DNA from: Heterodontus francisci
Lineage: Eukaryota
DNA length: 64,000 nt
Direction of reading: 5' to 3'
NCBI RefSeq assembly: GCF_036365525.1
Contig: NC_090398.1
Location: forward strand, 26,306,839-26,370,838
The stretch's first letter is position 1. The number at the start of each line of letters is the position of its first letter. The position numbers and the translations under genes were made by a program. The notes beneath the pieces are model-generated. The model saw nothing but the letters and a program-made list of their open reading frames with translations. It did not search any database and was not told the origin of the DNA. Positions 1-12,644 of the stretch are shown here, one piece after another.

Positions 1-892
1 GCGAAATGCATAAAATAATATGTTCAAGAGGTTAGAGGAGGAGTGTTGAGACGAGGCTCATCTGGAGCATAAACATCGACATTGATTTCATAATGGAATT
101 ATCTGTTTCTGTGATGAAAAGGCATTGTAACACTTTGTTATTGCACTCTTACAACATTCCTTCAAAGGCATTACATAAGGTTACAGCAAATACAACGGTA
201 ACGTTCAAAAGGGAGTTGTATAAGAAATAGAAAAGGAAAATAAAAATGCAAGAATATTGGGAAAGAGCGAATCGTTGGATGGTTCCAATTTTCGACTTGT
301 TCCACATGCATTCTCTCGTTGCTCCGACTACTAGGGTCCTTTGCTGGAGAGCATTGCCCTTGATAACCATTGGCGATCAACTCGATTGTACTTTTAACCA
401 GGTGTAGAGGCTGGTGCTGAAATCAATGAGTCCTGTTCTCGTCCCAAAACCAGCAGTAAGAGATACTGTACAGCTTCACGCAAAATAAATTGTGTTCTGT
501 CTGAACCAGCAATGGAATAGAGTTCTCCCAGAAAGTGTCATTCCATAATCGTACCACCTGCGCCATGAGAGCCGATTGTCAATCGTGGTAAATTCAATTG
601 ACAATGTGGGTAAACCTATCACTCATGCACGTTGATGTCACCAACACACCTCTGCGCGATCATGGCACGTCAAAAGGGCAATGACGATAATGACAACCGA
701 GAAGGCTTGAGTATTCAAATGTGGGATGAGCTGGTGACATCACTGAACCAGGGCAATCGCCATTTTGGGCCACATAGGTTAAAGAATAAATGTAAGGGAT
801 TTAGAACTGACGATCTGGGAAGGCTGGTTACGTGAGGGGGTATGAAGCACCGGAATCCAAGGGGGCGCAACACAAATTATGTTCTTTTTCAG

Positions 893-1800
893 TCATTTTA
901 CCAATGTCAGAATGAACATGCAAGGACGCTGAACCAGCTGCTTCAGTTCTTCCCTGAATTTAGTTTGTGTAGCTGCATAAATACACGTGTTTGTGCAGGA
1001 ACTTAAATACATGAGCATATATCCGGTTTCGGTTGCAATGTACGCAGGGGCTGCATCACCACCTCGGTAATGTGCGATGTTTGTTATTCTGGTAGATAGA
1101 AAGCTCACAGCTGCTGTCAGCCACAACAGGGTAAAACTACCTGAGACACTGAAGAGTAGAATTATAGACTTTCTTCGGCTTTCCATCTCTGGATCGCTCT
1201 GACCGTCACTTCGGTGAGCCTGGAATGCCCTGCGGGCTCTACTAGCTACTACAATACGTCTGACTGTCAAACAATTAAACAGAAATATCAAAGCAACAGG
1301 AAGCCATGGAATTAAAATACTGTGAAACCAAGAGAATGCTATGCCTGCAGGCGATGTGAAGAAGTACAATCTGGTGCGACAACCCCAGTGAACATCGTTA
1401 ATCACTTGTTCAGATTCATATGCAAACCAAAAGGGGATGCTTGCAAAACAGGCCAGGCCCGTGACAGTTGTTATAATCGGAGCTGCAGTGGTCACTCTGC
1501 AGTACCTTGATTTAAGCTTCTGACAGCACAGAGCTACATATCGGTCAAATGTGAACAAGATTGTAAACCATACCGATATAGACAGGTTGATACAGCTAAT
1601 GTAATTAAACAGCTTACAAATGGCAGTGTAGGAGAGGAGTGAATGAATGAATTGAAAGTGATGGCTGAAAATGCGATTCACTATTACATTGACGATCATG
1701 ACCAGTAGATCTGCTGTTGCCATGGCCACCATGTAGACAGAGATACATTTGGAAAGGCAACAATTTCCTTTGGAGAGAATCACAATTGTCAATATGTTCG
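893..1800 (-). CDS. Class A GPCR, GPR139/GPR142-like (paralogue A), coding exon 2 of 2; spliced protein 325 aa
   Basis: 7TM pattern with MATADL (TM2), FTFDRY (TM3), ECL2 WGC, RRKSIILLF (TM6) and NTCIY (NPxxY equivalent). Acceptor ctctcttgcag| ends at 1801 on the minus strand, phase 1 (G|CG = Ala), matching exon 1. Stop TGA at 895-893. Confidence 0.9.
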
Positions 1801-3544
1801 CTGCAAGAGAGAGGGAGAAGATGTTAATAACTGTGAAACTCGTATAAATCACATAACATATTGCAGCGAAATGCTCAGAACTGTTGCAACTCAGAGTTAT
1901 GTCCGTGGGTACTTTTGTTTTTGTCGTAACTACATTCGAGTGTTGGCAAAGGCATCAAAAGTAAAAAGAAAACCGTGGACATTCACCATAGGAGGACTAA
2001 AAATCTGCTGTCTTACCAACATATTTCACCCAGATGTTGTGAAGTGTTAAACAGGGCAGGTTTTATGACTACTGATGATGAAAATGAAAGTAGAACTTAA
2101 AGGAAGTCAGATCAGCAAAGGTTTGATTGAAGTGGATCCACTTCGTTGCGAAGGCCACTGTTGTTCACTATTTACATTAAAGAAATGAACCCACGAATCA
2201 AAATTAGGATTTCAAAATTTGCGGATGCCATAAAATTAAGGGCTGTTGTTAATAGGAAGGAGAAATGTGTCAAATATAGGATAAGTTATAGAATTGATGA
2301 GTAATTAGAAAATGAACTGCAATGGTGAGAAGAATATGTATGACGCACATTCCTTGGAAAATAACCTTTAAGTGGTTTACAGAAATAGAAAGAACTTGGA
2401 GTGCAGCTGTACAAATCTTGAAACATAGCGGTGCGGGTTAATAAGGCCATACAATTCAAACAAAAACTGGGATCTATTGGGTTAGAATTGAAAATCTGAT
2501 CCGTAATGTTAAACCTGTACATAATCTTATTTTACCCGCACTTCGAGTACTGTGAACAACGTTTCTCTCCATTTTAGAAAAAGCTATAGAGGCACGGGAA
2601 TAAGTGGAACAAAAATCAGTAGAATGATACAGAAATGGAGAGACTTTTTCCCCCTCCAGAAAATAGAAGACGTGGCTTTTCATCGGCTGTTTAATTCAGT
2701 GTTAGTTGTCTTTAATTGATAGCAACATTTTTGCTATCATTTTATTTGTCTTGGCGCGTAACCAGTCATCCACTATCGCATTTCAAACTATACCCTCGTT
2801 TTGTAATTTATGTGTATTGGGTTCAATATCATCATATGTTTACAGCCCCTAGTTTGGCCTTCTTGGCAAGTTGAAACACCTGTACATCTACCACATGGAA
2901 CCATCCAAGCATCTTGAAAACAACCTCTATCAATTCATGCCTAAGTATTAAGCCTGTGTTCAATCCCCAAATTTACATTTCAACGTTGCCAATACTATTT
3001 GTTAATCCCTCATTAACTTGCCCTGCCACCTTGAATGATTTCCAAATCTGCACCGCTCAGCCCATCTGATCTTGTACCTCCTCAAGATAGTACGATTTAA
3101 ATGAAAATGTGGTCCCCATGTTCTTTCTCAAATTATCTGCATTAAATTGTATCTGTCTTGAGTGTGCACATTTCGCCAGTCCACCTCTGTCCTCTTGAAA
3201 TCTGCTATCATCCTCCTCACGATTTACAAATCTGTGGAATTATCCACTTATGGTAGGAAGGAACAAAAACACATAAAATGATTAAAATAGGCACTAAGCA
3301 AAGCATTCTTTAATGATCTATTAGATGTTGGAGTGACCGAAGCATTAGGCTCCTCCTCTCTCAGGCGAGGAATAAACAGTGAATGCCCACAATCTACCAT
3401 ACACTATTGGCCGCCTGCACAGGTAGTTTACCACTAATATTCACCAAGTTATCACGCTGAATCAGTGAGTCTGTAATGACGATATTCTTGGAATTTGATA
3501 GCGTGATGGTCATCAGGTATTAGAGAATAGTACACGTTACTTAC

Positions 3545-3614
3545 CGGGAACACCAAAGGCTGCAAGAATTGGGTAGTAAATGTTCTTTATCTGTACAATT
3601 GTTGATTGATTCAT
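3545..3614 (-). CDS. GPCR paralogue A coding exon 1 (MNQSTIVQIKNIYYPILAAFGVP)
   Basis: ATG at 3614, 70 nt, then donor G|gtaagt at 3544. It supplies the first half of TM1 (YYPILAAFGVP-AN) and is nearly identical to 14397-14466. Confidence 0.88.
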
Positions 3615-3690
3615 ACTAGAAGAACGTGTGAATTCTAGCCAGCTTTATGGCTTCGAATGCTCCGCATCTGGGAGGTGTAAATCATCCTCC

Positions 3691-3696
3691 TTTATA
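3691..3696 (-). promoter_or_regulatory. TATA box of GPCR paralogue A
   Basis: TATAAA about 77 nt upstream of the ATG; found at the equivalent position in paralogue B (14542-14547). Confidence 0.55.
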
Positions 3697-4789
3697 GAGC
3701 ATCCAGTCATCCAGTGAGAAAAACAGATGAGAAGATAATTAGCATTAGTTACAGTCACTTGAGAATTGGGAGCTTTATCGTTTCGTTGCACTTGGGGTGC
3801 ATTGGGAACTGTACAGTTGAGCTAATGAGACACCTTCCTCTAAAATTAATAAATGGAAGATAATCTAAAAGGCATAGTGATCTCTGCATGCCCGGGAAAA
3901 CTGAACAGGAGGATGCTCTCTTTCACTGTGTTAGTTTCTTGATCCCTCTGGAATGCAGTGGCCCTTATTCCTCTAATGAATAATTCATGTGTTTTTTTTA
4001 TATGTATACTATAAGTATTCCTCAGCACTATCATACCAATGTTCACTGGACTGTAACATTAATAGTTATATGTCGGATATAACATTAATGGTGATGACGG
4101 CAATCTTACATCAACAGTGAGGACCATATTGCAGAATTGATGGCAGTGATCCGACTTAGCTAACATTGGCTTTGACCCTACTCGAATGTTACTGATGCTC
4201 AACTTACTGTCATAAATTTAAAAAGGGAAACAGGTTAAATATAAGAGGGCAACATTGGATGCACAAGGCAATCTCACAGTTAATGGCACCAAAATGGCAG
4301 AAATATTGAATTTGTCCTATTGCACACTCGGAAGACTAACAATGTGGCCATGACGTTGGATTAATGGAACAAAAATCATAAAGAAATTTAAGACTGCTGG
4401 TGTCTTACCTCCATTAGCTGATATATCAGTACTCCTCCATATTAAACAACACCAGGAAGAAGCACAGGGGGTATCAAGGCACAGGACATATTCTGCGTTG
4501 TGGGGGCTTCGCTATCCAACACCGCATGTGACTCAACAGGACCAGTCATCTCATATGTGGTCGTGCCTTGAATAAGACATATTCAGCAGACTGAGTCTGT
4601 GACAGGTGGTGAGAGAACCAACATGAGAGACAAAACAAGTTACTTGATCTCTTCCTCAGCAATCCACCTGTAGCAGATACTGTACTGGTAAGAATTACCA
4701 GTGCATATCCTTTATGGAAACAAAATCCCATTTTCACACTGATGTTGTCTGCCACTACCGCCTTGATAAATGTAACAACAGAACTGTAT

Positions 4790-6490
4790 TCTACCACAAA
4801 CCATAACCTCATTGCCCGGTATATCCCTCACTCTACCAATACCATCGAACCAGGGAATGAAGTGATATAATTAAGGAGTGCAAAAGAGCAAGAGCAGCAC
4901 CACGGGTACGAAATAACGAGGTGCCAACCCAGTGGGCCTACAACACGGGACTACAAACATGTTAAATACGGGGAAGCAGCATGCTACAGACAGAGCTACG
5001 TAATCCCACAGCCGACGGATCAGATCAAAGTTCTGCAGTTCTGTCACCTGTAGTTGAGATTGTCAGTGGAAATTAAACAACCAGCCGGAGGAGGAGGCTC
5101 TGTGAACATCTCCATTTTCAATGATGTGAAAGGGCAGCAAATCAATTCTGAAGGCAAGACTATAACGTTTGTAATCCTGTTCAACTGAATTGGCGAGTGA
5201 TGATTAATCCTGACTTCCTCCCGAAATCTGCGCTATCACAGATTCCAGTATTTATCTGTCCAGATACAACAAAGTGCAGAGGTTCCAACTTTATTCTGGT
5301 TATCTTGCTGAATATCTGTGCTCTAGAACCAATCGTTTCCATTCGAGCTGCAAATTTCCCACTTCACAGCAATGTGAATTTTTCACAGGTGTGTCCATTT
5401 CCCAAAGATCAGGACAAATTCAATCCAGATATTTACTGATGATCAGTCCACTCACAATCATCAGCAATGTGATGGAAGATGTTCTGGACAGTACTATCAA
5501 GCAGGGCCTACTTTCGAATAACTTGCTTACGAATGAAATGTTTGGGTTCTGCCAGACCATTTGGCTGTCAGACTCAGGACATCGCTGTGAGAATTTCTCA
5601 GACCAGCGCAGTAGGCCCAATTATCTCAGTTGCTTCATCAATAACATTCTCTCCACCATAATATCAGAATGAGAGATACTCGATGATGATTGCGCACTCT
5701 CCAGTTCCTTTTGGCAACCCTCTGACAATGAAGCAGTCCCTGCTCGCCTGCAGCAAGTCCTGGACAACTTCCATGTTTGTGTTGATAAATGGCAAGCAAC
5801 ATTCCCGCCACACAACTTCTAAACAATGACCATCTCCAACAAGAGGGCATGAAACCATCTCACCTTGGCATTCAATGGCATTGCCATCTCTTAATCTCCC
5901 AACGTCGACATTCTGGGGCGGGGATTGTGGGGGTGGGGGGTGCGTCGTCATTGGTCAGAAACTTTACTGGAGTAGACACATAAACGCAGTGGCTACACAA
6001 TCAGACACGATGAGATTAGAGGCTCGTTGTCTGCAGCGATTCACTCACCTCCTGACTACCAAAGGCCTGTCCACCAAAGACAAGGCAGAAGTTAGGAGGA
6101 TGATGGAATACTCTTCACTTTCTTAGATGAGTTCTTCTCAATAAAGCTCAGGAAGCTCTACAACATCGAGGGCAAAGCAGCCACTTGATTGGCACAAAAT
6201 AAACCCCTTTAAACGATCACTGGCTCCACCACTGGCTTACAGTGGCTGAAATGTATACCATCTACAAGATGCACTGTAACAATTCAGCAAGACTTCTTTG
6301 AATGCACTTGCCAAACCCGTGAGCTTTTCCACCTAGAAGAACAAGGACTGAAGGCCCAGGGAAGCCCACCACCTGCAATTACCCGTTCAAATCACACACC
6401 AACCTGACTCGCAACTATATTACCGTTCCTTTTGCATCGCTGGTCAAAAGTCTTGGAACTCCATATCTAACGGCTCCATGGGAGCAGCTA
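4790..6490 (+). mobile_element. Degenerate non-LTR retrotransposon (RT region and 3' end), second LINE family distinct from the main CR1 family; clade uncertain
   Basis: Broken RT-like segments. The 3' part (cacctcctgact...ccaaagcctgtccacc...) recurs at about 8.6-9.1, 15.2-16.1, 47.9-48.5 and 58.3-58.9 kb. Confidence 0.7.
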
Positions 6491-6589
6491 TATCAGACAA
6501 TGAATGTCAAGTAAAAGGCTTGAATCAAACAGAAAGGATCAACATAATATGAACAGTCACAGAGCGAGGAGCCACAGAAGTATGAGGCA

Positions 6590-7340
6590 GGGGTTCACAT
6601 TGAAGAGGCACACACATCCTGGACAAACGCATGCTGCAAAAAACAGATGGGATTTACTCAGACTGGACGCACACATCCTCAACACGCTGAGACTGAACAC
6701 AGACAATGTGGATCGACACAGAAGGGACAGACACAGACTGGACACAGATCGACCGACATTCACCAGCTGAATATACACAAGCTGCTAACACAGGGGCAGA
6801 AAATATACATGATGGACCCACAAAAGCTGGACACACACAGGCTGAACAGAAACATACTGGCCATTCCAGACTGGACACACACAGAAGTGACACACACTTC
6901 CTGGATATATACAGACTGAACGCTCACAAACTGGGCGCAGAGAGAGCTAAAACACCGACTGAATACACACAGACTGGATACATAGACGAAACACACATAG
7001 TCGAAATGAGCTGCCTGAGCAGACAAACTGGACACACAGAAATTGGAAACACACAGACTGGGCACAGACAGACAAGACATGCACAGATTAGAAATATTGA
7101 AAATGGGTGCACACAGGCTGACTGCACTCACGCAGATTGGACATACACATTCTGGGCACTCACACAATGGATGTGCGAATGATGTATGCACAAACAGTTT
7201 GACACCCAGAATGGAGGCACCCACAAAGGAGACACATGTAATGGAGAAACACCAACTGGATATACACATACTGGATATTCCAGACTTAGCAGGCAGACTG
7301 GACGCATGCAGACTGAACACCCAGAAACTGGAAACCTGAG
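6590..7340. repeat. Degenerate ~15-bp tandem repeat (CAGACTGGACACACA-like)
   Basis: Recurrent acacacagactgga/gac motifs; explains the many overlapping low-complexity ORFs here. Confidence 0.75.
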
Positions 7341-7675
7341 ATTTTGATAGAAATTAATAACCTGCACTTGAATACCTGGGGCATAATTTAACATGTGCAG
7401 ATGAGGCAAATCTATTAAAACTCCCAAACAGTGAGAATGATGCAGACAGACAGCGGGTGAACTGGTGGAATGGTCAGCCACATGGCAAGTGAAATGTAAT
7501 GCAGAACTAGATGAAATTGTGCATTTTTGGTTGAAGGCTGAGGAGAGGTAATGTGAAATTAGATCTACTATTTCAAAGATGATTCAGGGACAGCGTGACC
7601 TGAAGGTTCACCTGCACAGGTCTTTAAAGTTGTAAGTCTTATAAATCCGACCACGACACCTTTTCAATGTTGACA

Positions 7676-7876
7676 AGGTAAATTGGCCATTATAAATTGC
7701 CACTAGTATAGGTAGGTGGTGGGGAAATATAGGGACAGATGGGGATGTTTGGTAGGAATATGGGATTAGTGTAGGATTAGTATAAATGGGTGGTTGATGG
7801 TTGGCACAGACTCGGTGGGCCGAAGGGCCTGTTTCAGTGCTATATCACTAAACTAAACTAAACTAAACTAAACTAT
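7676..7876 (+). mobile_element. 3' half of HE1/V-SINE-type shark SINE with (CTAAA)n tail
   Basis: ggtaaattggccattataaattg...ggcacagactcggtgggccgaagggcctgtttcagtgct followed by (ctaaa)n; homologous to 24510-24677. Confidence 0.8.
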
Positions 7877-7879
7877 TAA

Positions 7880-8575
7880 ATGGAGATAGATTGCAGAACA
7901 CTGTGGTACAGAGTGATTTGGGTATCCTGGTACATGAATCACAAAAAGTGAGCATGCATGCACATCAGGTGATTGGGAAGGCAAGTGGAATATTGAAGTT
8001 TGTTGCCAGGGGAATGACATTTAAAAGTAGGGAACTTTTACTCCAATTGTACAGGGCCTTGGTGAAACTACATGCAGAGTACAGTTTTTGTCTTCTTATT
8101 TGAAAAAAAGATACAATTGCATTAGATGCAGTTCAGAGAGGTTTCACTTGACACATTCCTGGGACGAAGGGCTTATCTTATGAGAAAGTTTGAAAAGCTT
8201 GGGCCTTTATGCATTGGAGTTGACAAGAATGAGAGGTGATCGCATTGAAGCCGATAAGATCCAGATTGGACTTGATAGGATGGAAACCAGGAGACTATTT
8301 CCTCTTATGGGGGAGACGAGAAATTGGAACACAGTTTAGAAATTAGAGGTCTCTCTTTTAAGATGGTAATGAAGAGATTTATTTTCTCTCAGGGAGTCGT
8401 TAGTCTGTGGATTTTTCTTCCCCAGAAAATAGTAGAATCTGGATCATTGAAGTTAGTCAAGGCTGATAAGAGAGATTTTTGATAGAAAAGAGAGTCAGGC
8501 TTATGGTGGTGGGGGGGGTGGGGGGGGGGGGTTTGGGGTGCAGGTAGGAAAGTGGAGCTAAAACGACAATCAGAT
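7880..8575 (+). mobile_element. CR1-like LINE 3' fragment
   Basis: QSDLGILVHESQKVS...LLQLYRALVK and agaatgagaggtgatc, typical of the CR1 ORF2 C-terminus; contains stops and frameshifts. Confidence 0.8.
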
Positions 8576-8589
8576 CCTCTGAGACTGGA

Positions 8590-9078
8590 GCAGTACGTGT
8601 AGAAATTCAGCAACACATGGACAATATCTAAGCTTGGGCTGATAAGTGACAAGTAACATTCATGCCACACAATTGCCAAGCCAGGACCATCTACAACAAG
8701 AGAGAATCTAACCAACTCCCCTTGACATTCAATGGTATTACGATCGCTGAATCCCCCACTATCAATATCCTGGGGGTTACCATTGACCAGAAACTGAAAT
8801 GGAGTAGCCATATAAACACCGTGGCTAAACAGCAGGTCAGAGTTTAGGAATCCTACGGCGAGTAACTCACCTCATGACTCCCCAAAGCCTGTCCACCATC
8901 CACAAGGCACACGTCAGGAGCATGATGGAATACTCTCCACTTGCCTGGATGGATGCAGCTCCAACAACACTCAAGAAGCTTGACACCATCCAGGACCAAG
9001 CAGCTGCTTGATTGGCACCCCACCCACAAACATTCAACCCCCACCCCACCGCCAAGCAGTGGCAGCCGTGTGTACCAA
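8590..9078 (+). mobile_element. Second LINE family 3' fragment
   Basis: ESPTINILGVTIDQKLKWSSHINTVA; similar to 5740-6270 and 15260-15730. Confidence 0.75.
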
Positions 9079-9149
9079 TATTTTAATTGGAGAGAGGTGT
9101 AATTGTAGATGTGTGATTTATACAGTGTTTGATGTGTTGATAGAGCAAC

Positions 9150-10080
9150 AAAAGCACAATAAATATAAATGCCCTTAAGGGGGAAAAAACGTAAAAATCA
9201 TCCAACCGTGGCTAACAAGAGACATTCGTATTGTACAAGATTAAAGGAAGAACCCTATAATGTTGCTAATTGGAGTAGGAAGTCTGAAGATAGGGAGAAC
9301 ATGAATTCAGCAAAGGAGAACCAAGAACTTGATAAAGAAAAAGTAAATGAGAACGAAACATACGAACGAATTCTGAAAGTTTTTATAGGTACGTTAAAAG
9401 GAAGAAATTAGCAAAAGCAAACGTTGGTCCCTTAAAGGCAAGAACAGGAGAAATTATAATCGAGAAGGAACAATTGGCAGTGTTATTAAAGGAATACTTT
9501 GTAACAGTCTTCATGATGGAAGACATTGCAACATAACACACATAATGGGGGTCCAAGAGACCTTTCAGAATGAGCAACTTCAAGAAATTAGTATAAATGA
9601 AGAAAAAGTACTGGGCAAAGTAACGGTACTGAAAGACAAGAAAAATCATCTGGATCTGATAGCCATAAAACGAGGGTTTAAAATATCTAGCTACAAAGAT
9701 AATGAGCATTGCTTGAAGCATTCCCTAGAGTTTAGAATGGACCCCGCAGATTGTAAGGCAACAAAAATAGACAGAGTATTCAAGAAAGGACAAAAAGAGA
9801 GGGAAAAAAAACAGAAGGCCAATCAGCCTAATATCAGTAATAGGGAAAATGTTGGCATCAATCATTATGTGATAACAGTGAAATTATAAACACAAAATAT
9901 AACAGAATATATGCGGATTTATGAAAGAGAATTCGTGTTTGATAAATCGGTCAGATTTTTCCCAGATTACAGGTAGCTGGGTAAAACGAGATATAGCAGT
10001 GGATGTTGTATATTTTGATTATCAAAAAGTATTCGATAGGTGTCGTACAAGACGTTATTACACAACATTAAGGCTCTTAG
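9150..10080 (+). mobile_element. Old CR1-like ORF2 fragment
   Basis: Degenerate segments: gttggtcccttaaag...ggagaaattataat, ttcaagaaagga, gtggatgttgtatattttgatt (VDVVYxDF). Confidence 0.65.
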
Positions 10081-11585
10081 CTTCGTAGCTTTGTTGCATT
10101 GTTGACAAATTAATTATAATTTCTGCAGTGTCACTAATTTTACTTGAGAGGCGGGTAAATATTTCTGCAGGAATTATGCATTCACGAAATTCAGCAGTCA
10201 AGGCAGCATTTGCAAGCTTTCTTCTTAAATCATCTCAGTATAAACTTTTCATTTCAAAGTCTGGCTTGGAACAGCAAGGACAAGAATGATCCGTTTGTGT
10301 CGGAAAACTCCCCAAATCGCACACAGGACTGTAATTGCATAGCATTTGACTTTGAGCCACATGAACGTATGAAGACAGGTACCCAAAATCTGTGTCAATT
10401 TCCCAGATGTTAAGTGTGTTTCAAAGAAGGAAAGAGAGAAAGAGTTTTGGCAAGGTTTAGGGTTGGAATTTCAGAGCTCATGTCCTCGGCAGATGAAGCC
10501 AGGACCGCCAGTAGTGAAGCAAATAAAATCACGAATGGCCTCGAGGCCAGAGCTGGAGGAGTGCAGATATCTTATCGTGTTGTCAGGCTGGAGGAGGTTA
10601 CAGAGATAAGGAGGGCTTGAAAACAAGTTCAAAACTTTTATTTTCTATGTATTCTGGACTGGGAGATAAGGTAGGTCAGCAAGCACATGGGGTGACTGGT
10701 GAACAGGAATTGGTGCAGCTGAAGATATGAGCAGCAGAGCTGTAGACGACCTTGAGCTTGTGAAGTGTTACATACGGGGGTGCCAACCAATAGTGTGTTA
10801 GGATAGTCAAATCTATCAGCAAAAAAAGGCATAGAAGTGGTTTTCAGCAGCCGATGATCGAAGGCAGGAACAGATTCATCGGCGTTATGGAGGTGAAAAT
10901 CGGCAGTTTTAGTGATTGCACAGATAAGTTTTTGGATGCTTGTTTTAATGTCCCCACACTACAGTTGTGCACAGTCTGGTCCAGCCTCCGTTACTTGCCA
11001 GGGACTGGGATGGTGTTGTTGGCCAGTGAATGGATTTGCCCCTTTTCTTGGCATCAGATTATTTAACGTCAAAAGTAAACAATATCCGACAAGCATCGCA
11101 TCTTTCTTGGTCTATTCTGTTGTGCAGATCTCTACTCAGTGGGTTTATAAATCATATATACCAGATCCATGTTAACCATTTAATATATGGGTGTTCTCAG
11201 TGGGACTGAATATGTCTTCTACCCGGTCCACAGTGTATCATCATTCAGCAAACAGCATGCTGTTTGTTTCCTGCGCGATATGTCAATTCTGCACACAAAG
11301 CGATATCGTGAGATAATGGAGCTGGGGAAATTGCTGCCCTCTGATTAACTATGAATAAGTCGGAGGGTCTGGGGATGTTTAATTAGAATTTCCCCCTGCC
11401 TGCCCCAATGGTTTGAGGGTGCCCGCGCTATGAAAGGCGTTCGTCTCCTTGTCCAATTAAAGCAGATATAATGTTATCACTTCAAAGCAAAGGCTATCAA
11501 TTAACTGTAATAATTAAAAATTCAAAAAATGCCTTTTGACGAAATTGCTTAAGATGAGACTAAGCAAAATAAATAAGGCAAACAA

Positions 11586-11591
11586 TTTATT
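11586..11591 (-). terminator. Putative polyadenylation signal of GPCR paralogue B
   Basis: AATAAA on the minus strand about 80 nt after the stop codon. Confidence 0.45.
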
Positions 11592-11673
11592 TCAGTAGAG
11601 TGACCAAGAATGAAAGTTCATAGGTTAAAGTATGAACATAAAATATTTACAAATGACGGTAGGAGAAACATCT

Positions 11674-12644
11674 TTACGTGGTTAATTGTGAAGCTGCAGA
11701 ATTCACGGAGGCCGATATTCTGGTTTGATCTTTCATCCATTTAACCAATGTTCGAATTAATATCCACGGAGATTGCAGCACCTTCTTCAGCTCGTTCCTG
11801 AATTTAGTCTGTGTAGCTGCATAAATACAGGTGTTTGTAGAGGAGCTCAAATACATGAGCATATATCCGGTTTCAGTGGCAATGTACGCAGGAGCTGTAT
11901 AGTCACCTCGGTAATGCGAAGCATTTGTTATTTTGGTAGCTAAGAAGCTGACAGCTGCTGTCAGCCACAACAGGAGGAAGCTACCTGATACAGCAAAAAG
12001 TAAAATGATGGACTTCCTTCGGCTTTGCATCTCTGGATCGCTCTGATTCTCAGGGCTGTGACCGCGGAGAGCCTTGCGGGCCCTACTGGCTAATAAAATA
12101 TGTCTGATTGTCAAACAATTAAACAGTAATGTCAAAGCAAAAGGAAGCCATGGAGTTAAAATACTCTGGAGCCAATAAAAGGCAACCCCTATTGGCGAGA
12201 TGGTGAAGTCCAATTTAACGCGACAACCCCAGCTGACATTGTTAAGTTGCTGTTCAGCTTCAAATGCAAACCAAAAGGGAATGTTCTCTAAACAAACCAG
12301 GCCAGTGAAGATAGTTATTATTGCATTCGCTGTTCTCACTCTGCAATATTTTGTTTTCAACTTCCCACAGCATATAGCTACAAATCGGTCAAATGTGAAC
12401 AGGATTGTAAACCACACGGATATATGCAGGAATATACAAACCATATAATTAAGGAGCTTACACACGACAGTGTAGGAAAGGAGTAAATAAATGAATGGAA
12501 AGTGATGAGTGAAAATGCTAATCACCATTACATTGACGAGCATGACCAGTAGATCAGCTGTTGCCATGGCCACCATGTAGACAGAGATACATTTGGAAAG
12601 GCCACAGTTTCCTCTAGAGAGAATCACGATTGTCACCAGGTTCG
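11674..12644 (-). CDS. Class A GPCR, GPR139/GPR142-like (paralogue B), coding exon 2 of 2; spliced protein 346 aa
   Basis: MATADL, FTFDRF, WGC, RRKSIILLF and NTCIY motifs. Acceptor ctttcttacag| ends at 12645, phase 1. Stop TAA at 11676-11674. Collinear with 893-1800. Confidence 0.9.

Noticed and set aside
1801-1852. ORF-track N-terminus MIYTSFTVINIFSLSLA of the 319-aa GPCR
   Set aside because: Intronic polypyrimidine and acceptor sequence; the real N-terminus is exon 3545-3614.
6504-7481. Multiple 70-186-aa ORFs
   Set aside because: By-products of a degenerate tandem repeat.
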